From Bacillota bacterium (lineage in GTDB: Bacteria > Bacillota > DTU025): DNA of 64,000 bases. The first letter of the stretch is position 1. Each line of letters starts with the position of its first letter. The position numbers were made by a program, and so were the translations under genes. Location of the stretch: NCBI GenBank assembly GCA_050951805.1, contig JBMNJT010000002.1, positions 1,376,001-1,440,000 on the forward strand. Direction: 5' to 3'. Shown one piece after another: positions 1 to 9,380 of the stretch. Under the pieces are notes generated by a model, which was not told where the DNA came from, did not search any database, and was given only the letters and a program-made list of their open reading frames with translations.

Positions 1-656
1 TGACGCGCCCTGTGACAAATTCCAGCCAGATCCTTCCCTGTCTCCCTATGAGTCATATTCGTGGGAACCTCAACAATCGTGTATCCCGCCCTTGCCCAAT
101 CTATCGCCAAGCCGACCTCGAGTCCGAACCCCCTGTCCAACCTGGGCATGTGGGCGCCGTCCCCTGCAAACACCTCATAGAACGGCTCCGCCAGTAGCGC
201 CCGCTGCCCGGACAAAGGCCACTTGAGATCCAAGCCTGCCAATTGCCTGACTCCGCGCTTTGCAAGCCCGACTACCAGGCCAAAGCCGCCTGAACTGATG
301 GGCTGCGGGAATCCTGCCACCGCCATGTCTCCCCTGCCTTCAACCACAGCAGACACAACGGATGCCATCTCGGCTGCGCTCGGTCCCAGATCCGCGTCGG
401 CAAAAACGAGAAGCGCCGGAGCCATCTTCCGCGCTCTGGCGATCCCCGTAGCTACAGCCGCGCCCTTTCCTACAGTTTTCGCCATCCGGATCACCGTCGC
501 CCCAGCCTCCTTTGCCCTAGCAGAGGTGCGATCACGAGATCCATCATCCACAACGATCACACAGTCCGCAGCGGAGCATTGGAGAAGCGCAGCCACGCTC
601 TGGCCCACACTGGGTTCTTCGTTGAGCGCGGGCACTATTGCTACCCTCGGATGCAC
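1..656 (-). CDS. Glycosyltransferase family 2 (3' end runs off the window)
   Basis: Not in the ORF track; translated by hand from a GTG overlapping the steB stop: VHPRVAIVPALNEEPSV...VIVVDDGSRDRT...GKGAA...FADADLG (GT-A DxD motif). Confidence 0.88.
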   Translation of the reverse strand, partial: MHPRVAIVPALNEEPSVGQSVAALLQCSAADCVIVVDDGSRDRTSARAKEAGATVIRMAKTVGKGAAVATGIARARKMAPALLVFADADLGPSAAEMASVVSAVVEGRGDMAVAGFPQPISSGGFGLVVGLAKRGVRQLAGLDLKWPLSGQRALLAEPFYEVFAGDGAHMPRLDRGFGLEVGLAIDWARAGYTIVEVPTNMTHRETGKDLAGICHRAR

Positions 657-1471
657 TACCTTCCCTCCTGCGCGGGCAGGGCCGCCGGTGCTGGAGGCTG
701 TCCGTATACCCCGCGGGCACCTGCAAGCGCCAGCGCCATCGCCACATTGCCAGGCGCAGTCCCAACACCGTAAACCTCGGCTGCGGGCAACGCCTTTCCA
801 AGCTGACTCGAGAACTTGCCGGCTGCCACGTCCGACCGGACCTTGAGCACAGCAGCGCGCGTCCATCCAACTACCAGGGGCGTTCCTGCACTCTTTGCGG
901 CAGCAGACAAGGCTTGAAGAAAGGCTGCTTCCTTTGCCTCAGCAGGCCCTGACAGAGCCAGCACCACGCTGAACTGGCACCTTTCGGCCATCCTGATCTT
1001 GGCGAGGCCTTGGGTCGACAAACTCTTGATCCTATCCATGTCAGAGGACGTGATAGCCTGAGCCCAAACACTCAGCTGTCCGCTGTTGGCGCCCGCTAAA
1101 GCCACATCGGCCAACTCAACGACCGCCCCGACTCGAGCCCCCGCACCTTCGCAAACATCCCTGGCAGATTCCAGATCGCCTCGATCGACGTCTGGCATGG
1201 ACACGATTCCCACTGTCTTGCCGGCCAAAGACCCACGGATCATGTATGGCACGCTCTCTTCCGCATACCTTCGCGCGGCGTCAAGTTCCTGTGCTAAGGC
1301 GTCACGGTCTTGTGACAACCTGTAGAAGTCGGCATCGAGCCTGTCAATCAAGGTCCTCTGTTGCGCCGCCAATCCTTCACCGCCAGATATGGCAGCCCCA
1401 AGCAGAATCCCTATCCCTAGAGCGACGAGGACCGCCGCCAAAGATACCACGTGATACCGCAGACTCATCAC
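656..1471 (-). CDS. steB: SteB / MctB-like (DUF3186, 'copper transporter') membrane-anchored protein
   Basis: N-terminus MSLRYHVVSLAAVLVALGIGILLG followed by a coiled coil; directly downstream of steA. Confidence 0.8.
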   Translation of the reverse strand: MMSLRYHVVSLAAVLVALGIGILLGAAISGGEGLAAQQRTLIDRLDADFYRLSQDRDALAQELDAARRYAEESVPYMIRGSLAGKTVGIVSMPDVDRGDLESARDVCEGAGARVGAVVELADVALAGANSGQLSVWAQAITSSDMDRIKSLSTQGLAKIRMAERCQFSVVLALSGPAEAKEAAFLQALSAAAKSAGTPLVVGWTRAAVLKVRSDVAAGKFSSQLGKALPAAEVYGVGTAPGNVAMALALAGARGVYGQPPAPAALPAQEGR

Positions 1472-1501
1472 GGCAATCTCCCCATCCGATCGGCTTTCGG
1501 T

Positions 1502-2692
1502 TCAAAGCAGGCCCAACATCACACGGATTTTGAGGTAGATCAACCTCGCCGTGTCAGCCACAGATCCAGAGAACAAGGCTATAGCAGCCAGGGGCACAAC
1601 CGCTGCCAAAAGGATCCCGATTATGTGCCCTATCCGTAGCCTTCCCCTGTATAGCTGGCTCACTCCCTTTGCGTCCACCAGTACCGATCCAACCTTCAGC
1701 CGCACAAGAAACGTGCTGCCCATCCCAGGCCTGCCTTTCTCGAGGAAATCAAGCATATTGGAATGAGTTCCCACCGCCACGATGAGGGAAGCTCCTTTCT
1801 CGTAGGCAAGGAGCATGGCTATATCTTCGCTCGTGCCGGGACAGACAAAAGTCTTGTGCGAAAGGCCGAGATTGGCGAGGCGCTCGGCGCCGGGGGATCG
1901 GCCGTCAGGATACGAATGGGCCACCAACTCCGCGCCTAAGAAAAGCGTTTCATCGGATACTGAATCCATGTCTCCTATGATGATATCCGGCGCGAATCCC
2001 CTCTCTACTAGGGCATCAGCGCCTCCGTCGACGCCGATGAGGACAGGGGCCATCTCCCTGATGTAGGAAGCAACGGCGTCGAGGTCTTCCCTGTATCTAG
2101 GGCCCCTCACCGCGATCAGGCAGTGTCTGCCGTGAATCTGGGTCTCCAACGGGGGGATGTCTATGTCCCCGAGGATTATGTCCTTCTCCTTGATTGCATA
2201 CTGAAGAGTATTGACGACGAATTTCTCCAGCTCGGCATCGAGATTCTCCTCGGCTTCGATGTAGGCGGCCTCAAGGCTGTCCCTTGTCACCCACACCCCG
2301 ACGCCTATAGGCTTTCCCTCTTTGAAAACCTCATTTCCTTCTATTTCCAGGGCATCTCCGTCCGCAACCACGTCCAAAAGATGAGGGCCGACCCCATCCA
2401 GCACCGGAATGCCCGCATCCAGCAGAATCCCAGGACCCAGGCACCTGTATCTGCCGGTGATGGAACGGTCGGCATTTATCACCATTTTAGGGCACGCTTC
2501 AACCAAGGCTCGTCCCGACACTTCATCTATATCGGCATGGGCTATCACTGCAATTTCCCCAGGTCGGAGCCGGGAAATTAGATTCTTCGTTTTACGGTCA
2601 GCTCTGGCTGTCCCTCTGATGCGAACACGGGCGTTTCCCGCGGAATCCTCCGCCCCAATGCTCTGTTTGCCATCGACCCCATCGTACCCCAT
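1502..2692 (-). CDS. steA: SteA family protein (thiamine pyrophosphokinase-like domain, C-terminal TM)
   Basis: DRKTKNL, IAVIAHADID, LIGVDGGADAL, IIGDMDSVS, GMGSTFLVRLKVG motifs; start uncertain (ORF open to 2755). Confidence 0.85.
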   Translation of the reverse strand: MGYDGVDGKQSIGAEDSAGNARVRIRGTARADRKTKNLISRLRPGEIAVIAHADIDEVSGRALVEACPKMVINADRSITGRYRCLGPGILLDAGIPVLDGVGPHLLDVVADGDALEIEGNEVFKEGKPIGVGVWVTRDSLEAAYIEAEENLDAELEKFVVNTLQYAIKEKDIILGDIDIPPLETQIHGRHCLIAVRGPRYREDLDAVASYIREMAPVLIGVDGGADALVERGFAPDIIIGDMDSVSDETLFLGAELVAHSYPDGRSPGAERLANLGLSHKTFVCPGTSEDIAMLLAYEKGASLIVAVGTHSNMLDFLEKGRPGMGSTFLVRLKVGSVLVDAKGVSQLYRGRLRIGHIIGILLAAVVPLAAIALFSGSVADTARLIYLKIRVMLGLL

Positions 2693-2755
2693 ACACTTAT
2701 TGATTCCCCGAGTTGCGTAGGCCATTCGCCAGAGTATAGGAGCACAATGACACAA

Positions 2756-3565
2756 TCAGCTGATAATCTGACCTGCCAGGTCTATCCTTACCTTGCTGGC
2801 TACCCGGGCTATGAAGGCAGAATTGGTTGGACGTCCCTTCTCAGCGTCGACAGTATGGCCAAATATCCGATTGATAAAGTCGATGTCCCCGCGATTCCAC
2901 GCCGTTTCGATCGCATGCCTCATGGCCCGTTCGACCCTGGAGGGTGTTGTGCCATGAGCTTCGGCGATCGTCGGGTAGACTGAGTAGGTCATGCTTCCTG
3001 CACCGTGCCCCCTCTCCAACGCCATGATGATCGCATCCTTCAGATAAAGGTATCCCTTCAGGTTTGCAGGCACGCCCATTCTGTGCAGAGTCTTGCTAAC
3101 CTCCACATCGTAGATGGAACGTTGAAGGTCTGTGCTCTGCGGGCATGATGCGCAGGATTGAAGCTCTTGAGGGCGCTCCGGCGGCAATGCTGCGAGCCGC
3201 CGGATCCGCCGCGCCAATACTTCAAGGTCAAATGGTTTCGCCATGTAATAATCGGCTCCCGCCGCCACTACCCCGGCGGCAGTGGTCTCCAGGCCCATCG
3301 CGGTGATTACCAGGATGCGAGGATGGGGGCTCAGGGGTGTGCTGTTGACATACTCTATGACCCCCAACCCGTCAAGGTGCGGCATGACGAGATCGAGCAG
3401 AATTACATCGGGCGCAACCTCCCTGATGACACTTATCGCTTCGGAGCCGTTGAAAGCTACACCGCACATCGACATGTCGGGCTGAGTCGAAACGAAGTCG
3501 GTAACAACTTCGACGAGGTCGACATTGTCGTCGACCATCACCAACCGAACCAGGCCTTGGGACAT
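2756..3565 (-). CDS. spo0A: Sporulation master regulator Spo0A
   Basis: Receiver domain (DD, LLDLVMPHLDG, KPFD) plus Spo0A C-terminal domain (GVPANLKGYLYL, TPSRVERAMRHAIE, PTNSAFIA); near spoIVB. Confidence 0.95.
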   Translation of the reverse strand: MSQGLVRLVMVDDNVDLVEVVTDFVSTQPDMSMCGVAFNGSEAISVIREVAPDVILLDLVMPHLDGLGVIEYVNSTPLSPHPRILVITAMGLETTAAGVVAAGADYYMAKPFDLEVLARRIRRLAALPPERPQELQSCASCPQSTDLQRSIYDVEVSKTLHRMGVPANLKGYLYLKDAIIMALERGHGAGSMTYSVYPTIAEAHGTTPSRVERAMRHAIETAWNRGDIDFINRIFGHTVDAEKGRPTNSAFIARVASKVRIDLAGQIIS

Positions 3566-3597
3566 TATCCGCAGCCTCCAAGAACATTGATACTGTC

Positions 3598-3627
3598 ACT
3601 TTCTACAGCGCTGAGCCCATCTCCTGC
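3598..3627 (-). promoter_or_regulatory. Putative sigmaH promoter of spo0A
   Basis: Minus strand GCAGGAGAT-N12-GTAGAAAGT resembles the sigmaH consensus AGGA-N18-GAAT; spo0A is sigmaH-driven in Bacillus and Clostridium. Confidence 0.5.
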
Positions 3628-3629
3628 CT

Positions 3630-3896
3630 TCACTGATCAATCGCTGGATCCACTAAACCACATCTTATGGCATACAGCGCAACCTGGATCCTGTTCTCGA
3701 CCCCGAGCTTCCTGCGTATGCTTGTTACGTAGTTCTTGACAGTCTTATCGGATATGAAGAGTTTTTCACCTATGGCCTGGTTGCTCAATCCTAGAGCCAC
3801 CATTCCTATTATCTCCCGCTCACGAGGAGAAAGTTTCTCCAGCGCGAGCGCGGCAGATGAGTCCAGTTCTGGTCTATCTTGCGGCACAGGCCTCAC
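3630..3896 (-). CDS. Stand-alone LuxR/GerE-type helix-turn-helix protein
   Basis: LSPREREII...LSNQAIGEKLFISDKTVKNYVTSIRRKLGVENR; no receiver domain. Confidence 0.85.
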   Translation of the reverse strand: MRPVPQDRPELDSSAALALEKLSPREREIIGMVALGLSNQAIGEKLFISDKTVKNYVTSIRRKLGVENRIQVALYAIRCGLVDPAIDQ

Positions 3897-3957
3897 CTCT
3901 CAACCCCATCAGGGCGTGTACACAGACGAAGCAAACTTGCTTCTCCCTCTGGCGGTA

Positions 3958-3986
3958 CATAATATGTGGTGCCAAATCTCCCTGTG
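3958..3986 (-). promoter_or_regulatory. Putative sigmaK (or sigmaE) promoter of the LuxR HTH gene
   Basis: Minus strand CACA-N16-CATATTATG versus sigmaK consensus mACm-N16-CATAnnnTA. Confidence 0.45.
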
Positions 3987-4035
3987 TATAGGCTTTTTGA
4001 CGGGGTCTGCGATTCGGACCCACATCGCCGCCTCC

Positions 4036-5352
4036 TCAAGCGGCCAACAAGACGATCCAACCCGCTGCGCGCTCGCTTCCTTCCATCAATCCGGCAACGT
4101 TCAGCATGTGTTCGGCAAAAACCCCGTATCCTCTCGAAGGGTCGGAAACGAAGACGTGAGTCACGGCCCCTACGAGCTTCCCATCCTGGATTATAGGGGA
4201 TCCGCTCATTCCCTGTACTATTCCGCCTGTCAGCTCGAGGAGACGTGGGTCAACCACCCTGATGACAATACCTTTCCCCGCGATCCGACTCTGCTTTGCA
4301 ACCTTCACTATTTCGATTTCAAACCTTTCTATGGAAGACCCGGTGACAACAGTGAGAATCTCGGCAGGGCCTTCATGGACCGCCGCAGCCAGCGCAACCG
4401 GAATCGGATCCGCGTAGTAGGGATTGGGAAGTGGCGCATCCAGTGTCCCGTATATCCCTACTTCGGTGTTGGCCTCCACGACCCCCACATTGTCCCGCGC
4501 GCCCGCGAATGTCCCGATCTTCTCCCCAGGTCTCCCTGCACCACTCAGATCTATCCCTGATACGCGCGCTGAGACGATTCTCCCATCTGTAATTGGGATC
4601 TCCTTGCCTGTCTGCGAATCTACTACGACATGTCCCAAAGCCCCGTACCTCATCGTGCCCGGGTGCCAGAAAGTTAGGGTGCCCACGCCTGCCGCATTAT
4701 CTCTCACATAAACCCCAATTCGATAGCCGCCATCGGCAGGCGCCGGCAAGACCGTGACATCGAATTCCCGCCCATCCCGAACAATTCCCATCCTCACAGG
4801 CCTACCCCCCAATGCACCTTCGCTCACAAGCGTCTCCAGCTGGCGCGGCTCACGGACCTCATATCCATCGACTGAGACGATCATGTCCCCGACCTCGATT
4901 CCCCCGTCGCGGGCCGGCATGTATCTGAGTCCGTCTGAGCCAACAACCGGGTACATTCCCATCACCCTCACCCCGCGGCTTGCGAGCAGGATGCCTATGG
5001 AGTGTCCCCCAGGAATCACCCGCATCTGGGGCACTACGTCCACAACTAGGCGTTTTACGGGGATCGCATTGAAGAGCCGTACCTCCAGCCGCGTTCTTCC
5101 CGCCTTCGTGGGAGTCACTTCCACTTTCGATCCTATGGCGGCATCCATCAGAAGAGAGTCTGGAGGATCAACGACTACGGCCCCTCTGCCAAGAGGGCCC
5201 ATGTCCACACTGAATGTTTGGCCTTCAAAAACCCTGATGTAAATGGGAGACACATAGATTCTGGCTACCGCAGCCCCGATGGCCGCAAGCGAAAGGAAAC
5301 CGACAATGACCGCAAAAGCGATCGCTATGCGTTTCGACGAATACGCCCGCAT
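4036..5352 (-). CDS. spoIVB: Stage IV sporulation peptidase SpoIVB (S55, PDZ)
   Basis: PGGHSIGI, RDNAAGVGTLTF, YGALGHV, GGIVQGMSGSPIIQDGKLVGAVTHVFV. Confidence 0.96.
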   Translation of the reverse strand: MRAYSSKRIAIAFAVIVGFLSLAAIGAAVARIYVSPIYIRVFEGQTFSVDMGPLGRGAVVVDPPDSLLMDAAIGSKVEVTPTKAGRTRLEVRLFNAIPVKRLVVDVVPQMRVIPGGHSIGILLASRGVRVMGMYPVVGSDGLRYMPARDGGIEVGDMIVSVDGYEVREPRQLETLVSEGALGGRPVRMGIVRDGREFDVTVLPAPADGGYRIGVYVRDNAAGVGTLTFWHPGTMRYGALGHVVVDSQTGKEIPITDGRIVSARVSGIDLSGAGRPGEKIGTFAGARDNVGVVEANTEVGIYGTLDAPLPNPYYADPIPVALAAAVHEGPAEILTVVTGSSIERFEIEIVKVAKQSRIAGKGIVIRVVDPRLLELTGGIVQGMSGSPIIQDGKLVGAVTHVFVSDPSRGYGVFAEHMLNVAGLMEGSERAAGWIVLLAA

Positions 5353-5413
5353 CCTTCCACCATCTCGCCGCGGGCGTATCTGACGCGCGCGTACGCGCCG
5401 GCCCGCGCGGGTT

Positions 5414-5443
5414 TAACGTGTCCGGCACGAGCAAGGCGTATTC
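5414..5443 (-). promoter_or_regulatory. Putative sigmaF/sigmaG promoter of spoIVB
   Basis: Minus strand GAATA-N15-GGACACGTTA versus sigmaF consensus GYATA-N15-GGnnAnAhTR; spoIVB is forespore-expressed in B. subtilis. Confidence 0.45.
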
Positions 5444-5655
5444 GCGCTAAAAGATGCTGTAGTTGGCAACTAGACTTGATTTGAAATCAGACTGAAGAAG
5501 AAACCGATTCCCGTGACGCTTAGTGGATCAAGCCACAACGGCACAAGAGTAGTTGCGAAATGGAGCATGCGGCAGCGGGATGCACGCCCATGAAAGGCGA
5601 TACGAACGTCTGATAGAAAAAGCTAACACATCGAACAGGGATTTGCGTCCTATTC

Positions 5656-7146
5656 TCAAATATCCCGCTTCCTGTAAAACCTGGATATGAAGAATCCATC
5701 GGTGCCGGATATACCGGGCAGGAGCTCAATCATGTGCCCGTCGTCAGAACAGAATGCACGGGCAGCGGCTGAGGGCATGTACGGGGCTATCGGCGACGGC
5801 ACGAACTCGCGATGACGCACCGCGAACCGCTGAACCTGGTCCCGATTCTCCCGGGTTCCAACGGTGCACGTGCTGTACACCAGCACCCCTCCGGGCTTTA
5901 CACACCTAGCAGCCGCATCGAGTATCTCTTCCTGCAGCTCCGAAAGCTCCAAAATGTCGTCTGGGCTCCTGCGCCACCGTGCATCGGGTCGGCGGCCTAG
6001 CACACCCAGGCCTGAACATGGCGCATCAACAAGCACGGCATCAGCCTTGCCCGAGTAGATATCTGGAAGCTCTCGTGCATCGCAGCAGATCGCCTCCACT
6101 GATGGCAGACCGAGCCTGGCCACGCTGTCTTCTATCATCTTCACTCGTTCCAAAGCTACATCGCATGCCACAACCTTCGCACCGCATCCCGCCAACTCAG
6201 CCATGTGGGCAGCTTTTCCTCCAGGAGCGGCGCACGCGTCTATTATCAAGGGCCAATGGCCGTCTTCAATCGCTTCTTCGGCCACACCCGACTCATCTTC
6301 CTTGCCGGATTCTGCCCAGAGCGCACCTGGCTTTTTCCCATTCGCGGCACATACGAGCTCCGCAACGCCAATAACGTGCCCTACCAACATAGAGCTTTCG
6401 TCCTGGACAGAAAAGAGCCCATCGTGGTACCCGGGCAACTCCTCGACCCCATCGATTGGACTTGAGAGTATAAGCGCCTCGGGGCATAAATGGCCCGGTT
6501 CAGAGAGCACACCTTCACTTTTGAGCATGCGGGAAAACTCTTCACGCTCGATCTTCAGCCGGTTGACGCGGAGCACTATAGTCGGCGCTTCATTTCCCGC
6601 CTCCAGCATTGCCCGAGCCACATCAACGCCATATTCGCCTATCCATGACTGCACAAGCCACTCGGGATATGACAGGGAGACCGAGAGATAACCTACAGGA
6701 TCACCTTTGGGGTCGGGAAACTCCGGAGAAAACTCTGCAGACGTGATCTTCCTCATAACAGCATTCACGAAAGAAGCAAGGCCGCGATGACCTAACCTTG
6801 CCGCGGACTCCACGGATTCCGAGACTGCAGCATGAGGCGGAACCCTCGACATGAAGAGAAGCTGGTAAACGCCTGTGCGCAACAAAGCCCTAGCCAGAGG
6901 ATCCATGAGATCTACAGGCCTGGTTGACGCATGTCCGATCCACCAATCCAAAGTTCTCTTTCTCCTTATGGATCCATAAGCGATCTCCATGGCAAGCCTG
7001 CGGTCACGCGCGTCCATCTCTTTCCCCGAAAGCGCCTGTGACCAGGCGGCATTCGCATACATGCCTTCCTGGTCACAGAGGTACGCAACTTCTACAGCAA
7101 GATCTCTGGCAGTTTTCGAAGCCGCAAACTTTGGCCGTCTAGTCAC
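5656..7146 (-). CDS. rsmB: 16S rRNA m5C967 methyltransferase RsmB (Sun)
   Basis: NusB-like N-terminus, VQDESS, DACAAPGGK, DAPCSG, YSTCT; in the priA-def-fmt operon. Confidence 0.95.
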   Translation of the reverse strand: MTRRPKFAASKTARDLAVEVAYLCDQEGMYANAAWSQALSGKEMDARDRRLAMEIAYGSIRRKRTLDWWIGHASTRPVDLMDPLARALLRTGVYQLLFMSRVPPHAAVSESVESAARLGHRGLASFVNAVMRKITSAEFSPEFPDPKGDPVGYLSVSLSYPEWLVQSWIGEYGVDVARAMLEAGNEAPTIVLRVNRLKIEREEFSRMLKSEGVLSEPGHLCPEALILSSPIDGVEELPGYHDGLFSVQDESSMLVGHVIGVAELVCAANGKKPGALWAESGKEDESGVAEEAIEDGHWPLIIDACAAPGGKAAHMAELAGCGAKVVACDVALERVKMIEDSVARLGLPSVEAICCDARELPDIYSGKADAVLVDAPCSGLGVLGRRPDARWRRSPDDILELSELQEEILDAAARCVKPGGVLVYSTCTVGTRENRDQVQRFAVRHREFVPSPIAPYMPSAAARAFCSDDGHMIELLPGISGTDGFFISRFYRKRDI

Positions 7147-7843
7147 GCTGGCTTCCTCGCAGAATGAGCAATCTCAACAATTGAGTGATAGCCGTCGCCG
7201 ACGCCGCAACGTAGGTAAGAGCCGCAGCTTGAAGCACCTGCCTGGCCGCCGGCAATTCATCTTGGGTAATATATCCTCCGTCTGCAAGAAGCGTCAGCGC
7301 TCGCTTGCTTGCGTTGAACTCCACAGGGAGCGTTACCAGTTGAAAGAGTACCGCCCCGGCAAAAAGCCATATCCCGAGGCTCATAAGGAACTGTCCGGTC
7401 TTGTCGTATCCCATCAGCATGCCCAGTATGAACAGGGGAAAGGCCATGTGGGATCCGAAATTGGCCACCGGAAGTATCGCCTGCCTGAAAGCAAGAGGGG
7501 CATAGCCTTGCTTATCCTGCATAGCATGGCCGCTTTCGTGAGCCGCAACAGCCAAAGCAGCTATCGACGATCCGCGGTACACCGCAGGAGAAAGCCTCAC
7601 CTTTTTGGACCTTGGATCGAAATGGTCTCCAAGAGGCGTATTGATGGGCTCAACGCCCACATCGTGTATTCCATTGCTCCTCAAAATGGACTGCGCGACC
7701 TGGCTTCCGGTGAAGCCCGTCTTCGACCTTACCCGCATATAGCGGTTGAAAGTTCCCTGCACCTTGGCCTGAGCGTAAATTGCCAGAAGCAATGCTGGTA
7801 TAACAATAATATAGGTCGGATCATAGTAAAAGTAAAATGGCAA
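7139..7843 (-). CDS. yugP: YugP-like membrane zinc metallopeptidase
   Basis: DHFDP, AAHESGHAMQ (HExxH), LVTLPVEFNAS, AAALTYVA. Confidence 0.9.
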   Translation of the reverse strand: MPFYFYYDPTYIIVIPALLLAIYAQAKVQGTFNRYMRVRSKTGFTGSQVAQSILRSNGIHDVGVEPINTPLGDHFDPRSKKVRLSPAVYRGSSIAALAVAAHESGHAMQDKQGYAPLAFRQAILPVANFGSHMAFPLFILGMLMGYDKTGQFLMSLGIWLFAGAVLFQLVTLPVEFNASKRALTLLADGGYITQDELPAARQVLQAAALTYVAASATAITQLLRLLILRGSQRD

Positions 7844-7881
7844 CCCAGATCACCCCTTTCGCATCCACTCTGATGCCTCAT

Positions 7882-8865
7882 TCAACACATGCCAGAGCCG
7901 AACCTGTCGCCATGGGATATCCTGCGGCCCCTGGCGAAATCCGCTGCTGGCATCTGGCGTTTGCCAGCCGGGTGAACCACATCCAAGGCCATCAGTTCGC
8001 AGCCATTCAGTCCGCAAAAGACAATGAGCTCTCCTTCAGGTCCTATTGTTAGCATGCCCGGATATCCTGAGCAAACCGTTTCACCGGCCTCGCCATCTCC
8101 AACCAAAACCGGGGCAATCTCGTGCGCCCGCAGGATGCGCACGGACTGCCCGGCAAAAGAGGTGCGAGCCCCGGGAGCGGGCGACAATGCCCTTATGAGG
8201 TTGCCTATCTCGCGGGCGCTCTTCCGCCAATCTATCTCGAATTCATCAGACGACAGTTTTCGGGCATACGTAGCGGCGGAATGATCCTGCGGAACCCGGG
8301 GCGCTTCCCCACACTCAATTAGACGAAGGAATTTCACAATTAGTTCCCCGCCCAACTCCGCAAGGGCGCATTCAAGCCAACCTCTGTCGACATCCGAAGG
8401 TATGGGCATATCCTGGCAAATCCCGATGTCCCCAGTGTCCCAGCCTTCGTCCATATACATGATGGTGACTCCGGTAACCTGATCACCGTTGATCATTGCC
8501 CGCTCTATGGGAGCAGCTCCCCTGTATTTGGGCAGAAGCGATGGATGGATATTGATGAATCCATGCCGCGGCACCGAAAGAAGCTCTGCGCTGATCTTTT
8601 GTCCGAACGCGGCTAACACCGCAACGTCCGGTGCCATCTCCGCAAAGCCCTCCACGAATTCAGGATCGCTCACCCTCGCCGGCTGCACAACAGGAAGCCC
8701 CAACCTCTCTGCCTCCACCTTCACAGGCGGAGACGCCAACTTGTAGCCTCGGCCCCGAGGCCTGTCAGGCTGGGTCACAACGCATATGATCTCATGTCCT
8801 GCATCTGTCAGCGCACGAAGCGCAGGAACAGCAAACTCCGGAGTTCCCATAAAAACTATTCGCAC
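7882..8865 (-). CDS. fmt: Methionyl-tRNA formyltransferase
   Basis: MRIVFMGTPEFA, NIHPSLLPKYRGAAP, DTGDI. Confidence 0.97.
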   Translation of the reverse strand: MRIVFMGTPEFAVPALRALTDAGHEIICVVTQPDRPRGRGYKLASPPVKVEAERLGLPVVQPARVSDPEFVEGFAEMAPDVAVLAAFGQKISAELLSVPRHGFINIHPSLLPKYRGAAPIERAMINGDQVTGVTIMYMDEGWDTGDIGICQDMPIPSDVDRGWLECALAELGGELIVKFLRLIECGEAPRVPQDHSAATYARKLSSDEFEIDWRKSAREIGNLIRALSPAPGARTSFAGQSVRILRAHEIAPVLVGDGEAGETVCSGYPGMLTIGPEGELIVFCGLNGCELMALDVVHPAGKRQMPAADFARGRRISHGDRFGSGMC

Positions 8866-8868
8866 CTG

Positions 8869-9360
8869 TCAGTCTCCCTCACTGCATTGAGATTCCTCGC
8901 ACTCTTCTTCGACAGGCCTAACATTCTCTGCCTTGTCGATGTACAACACCCCATCAAGATGATCTATCTCGTGTTGGAGAATGCGGGCCAAAAAGCCCTT
9001 TCCACGTACAGACACGAGCTTTCCGTCCCTGTCGTAGGCAATGACCTCTACCTCAGCCGATCTTGTGACCGTTCCAATCATTCCCGGCACAGACAAACAG
9101 CCCTCATCGTCCACCGCTTCGCCCCGTCGCCACACGATTTCAGGGTTGAACAACGTGCGGGGACCGTCACCTGCATCAATCACGATCAACCTAACGGGAA
9201 TCCCAACCTGCGGGGCCGCAAGCCCCACTCCTGGAGCGCTATACATCGTCTCGAGCATGTCGCGGGCAAGGTCACGCATCTTGCCATCGATTATCTTGAC
9301 TGGTTTCGCAATTTCCCGAAGCACCGGGTCTCCCTCGGTGCGGATCTCCAAAATCAACAA
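8869..9360 (-). CDS. def: Peptide deformylase
   Basis: GVGLAAPQVG, EGCLS, QHEIDHLDG. Confidence 0.97.
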   Translation of the reverse strand: MLILEIRTEGDPVLREIAKPVKIIDGKMRDLARDMLETMYSAPGVGLAAPQVGIPVRLIVIDAGDGPRTLFNPEIVWRRGEAVDDEGCLSVPGMIGTVTRSAEVEVIAYDRDGKLVSVRGKGFLARILQHEIDHLDGVLYIDKAENVRPVEEECEESQCSEGD

Positions 9361-9380
9361 TACGGCCTCCCATTCCTAGC

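Noticed and set aside
656-2692. Literal copper transporter and thiamine pyrophosphokinase annotations
   Set aside because: The adjacent pair matches the SteA/SteB families; the legacy names reflect domain homology only.
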